From the NCBI GenBank assembly GCA_000091205.1, contig AP006494.2: a stretch of DNA of 64,000 nucleotides. One strand, 5' to 3'. This stretch comes from Cyanidioschyzon merolae (taxonomy: Eukaryota). This document shows positions 63,276-64,000 of the stretch, piece after piece. The notes under the pieces are model-generated. The model searched no databases. It had not been told where the DNA came from and saw nothing but the letters and a program-made list of their open reading frames with translations. The number at the start of each line of letters is the position of its first letter. The stretch's first letter is position 1. Made by a program: the position numbers and the translations under genes.

Positions 63276-64000
63276 ATGTGTAGCGGTGCCACCTCAGAAG
63301 AGAATGACGGTCACATCATGGAACAGGATAGCTCAGCTGCGGTTGGTGGTAACGAGTCAGCGACGTCCGCTCAGTTGCACGGCATACCTGTGGTTTACCT
63401 CGCAACGGATGATCAGGCTCGCTTCGCAACCGCGGACTTACGCATTCAAAGTGTTCCTGGAGTGCCCCAAGAACTTGCTGACACCTTGGAGCGCGATTAC
63501 GCCATCACGCACCTCTTTCCATTTCAGAAAGAGGTGCTTGCGTATATCCGAAGCACCGCGCTGACGCACTCGGGGGACGTGCTGCTTGGCGCTCCCACTG
63601 GCAGTGGCAAGACACTTATCTACGCACTCGCAGTTCTTCTGGACTTGTATAGCTCTGCATCGCTGTTCTGCGTGCGGGCACTGGTGGTCTTACCTACGCG
63701 GGAACTCGCCCGCCAAGTTGAAGGCATCTTTAGGACTTTGACGGCTTCTGCAAAACTGTCCGCTCGCGTGGCCGTTTTATCACTTCTGAGGGAGCGTGTC
63801 CCTCGGAGCGATCTCTTGAACAGGCAAGCAGTATGCATTACAACACCAGGGCGGCTTGTGGAAGCGTTGGATCGGCATGAGCTCCTTCTTGCCGACTTGC
63901 GATGGCTGGTCATCGACGAGGCTGATCGGCTATTTCGTCAGTCGTACCAAAACTGGTTAGAGCGGCTACTCCAACGAATAGACTGTGCACGGCGGGTGCT
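63276..64000 (+). CDS. DEAD-box ATP-dependent RNA helicase (DDX51/Dbp6-like), 5' portion; truncated by the window end
   Basis: Hand translation gives a Q-motif region LFPFQKEVLAYI, motif I GAPTGSGKT, motif Ia LPTRELARQV, motif Ib TPGRL and motif II VIDEAD. The reading frame is open from an upstream stop at about 63138 to the window end, with ATGs at about 63276 and 63318. It is absent from the ORF track because no stop falls within the window. Confidence 0.8.
   Translation, partial: MCSGATSEENDGHIMEQDSSAAVGGNESATSAQLHGIPVVYLATDDQARFATADLRIQSVPGVPQELADTLERDYAITHLFPFQKEVLAYIRSTALTHSGDVLLGAPTGSGKTLIYALAVLLDLYSSASLFCVRALVVLPTRELARQVEGIFRTLTASAKLSARVAVLSLLRERVPRSDLLNRQAVCITTPGRLVEALDRHELLLADLRWLVIDEADRLFRQSYQNWLERLLQRIDCARRV

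Noticed and set aside
1-64000. Prokaryotic interpretation (operons, CRISPR arrays, TnpB of an IS200/IS605 element with a TnpA partner)
   Set aside because: The gene content is unambiguously eukaryotic: CNOT3, proteasome lid RPN3, TFIIE-beta, YKT6 with a CaaX box, OSBP. There are no Shine-Dalgarno-spaced operons. The tandem repeats have no unique spacers (repeat period without spacer-repeat alternation), and no Y1 transposase or serine recombinase ORF lies next to the RuvC-like remnants. The GTG/TTG starts in the track are an ORF-finder convention and do not indicate bacterial genes.

Overview
This is a eukaryotic nuclear window that is gene-dense and almost intron-free, with GC-rich coding sequence and about 20 mostly housekeeping genes. 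The gene content fits an oomycete/stramenopile-like genome: CCR4-NOT NOT3, proteasome RPN3, YKT6 with a CaaX box, TFIIE-beta, OSBP, sirtuin, LCMT1, CCA-adding enzyme, IGPS, a Nudix DIPP-like hydrolase, an AAA+ ATPase, and a DEAD-box helicase cut off at the window end. Many ORFs in the supplied track begin at GTG/TTG codons, and the true ATG starts lie a little downstream; I note these where I could see them. Two observations stand out. (1) Three degenerate copies of a TnpB/Fanzor-like RuvC nuclease gene sit at about 20.1-20.9 kb (+), 45.2-46.5 kb (-) and 51.7-53.0 kb (+), each in an AT-richer, gene-poor island between housekeeping genes. All three keep the diagnostic C-terminal RuvC-III motif RDxNA[AS]xNI, plausible RuvC-I (LDxG / TIDSS) and RuvC-II (hLEv) motifs in the right order, and a shared roughly 120-nt non-coding 3' flank that resembles an omega-RNA scaffold or transposon right end. 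All three are broken by stops or frameshifts. (2) A 1,041-bp direct repeat about 99% identical occurs at 43861-44901 and 61525-62565, bracketing a 16.6-kb segment that holds two of the Fanzor-like remnants and three housekeeping genes; it shows no LTR, TIR or TSD hallmarks. The window also contains a 72-bp x6 minisatellite, a duplicated 46-bp upstream element, several microsatellites and a poly-Q protein. There are no rRNA or tRNA genes and no CRISPR arrays. My line-based coordinates can be off by 1 nt relative to the ORF track in places.
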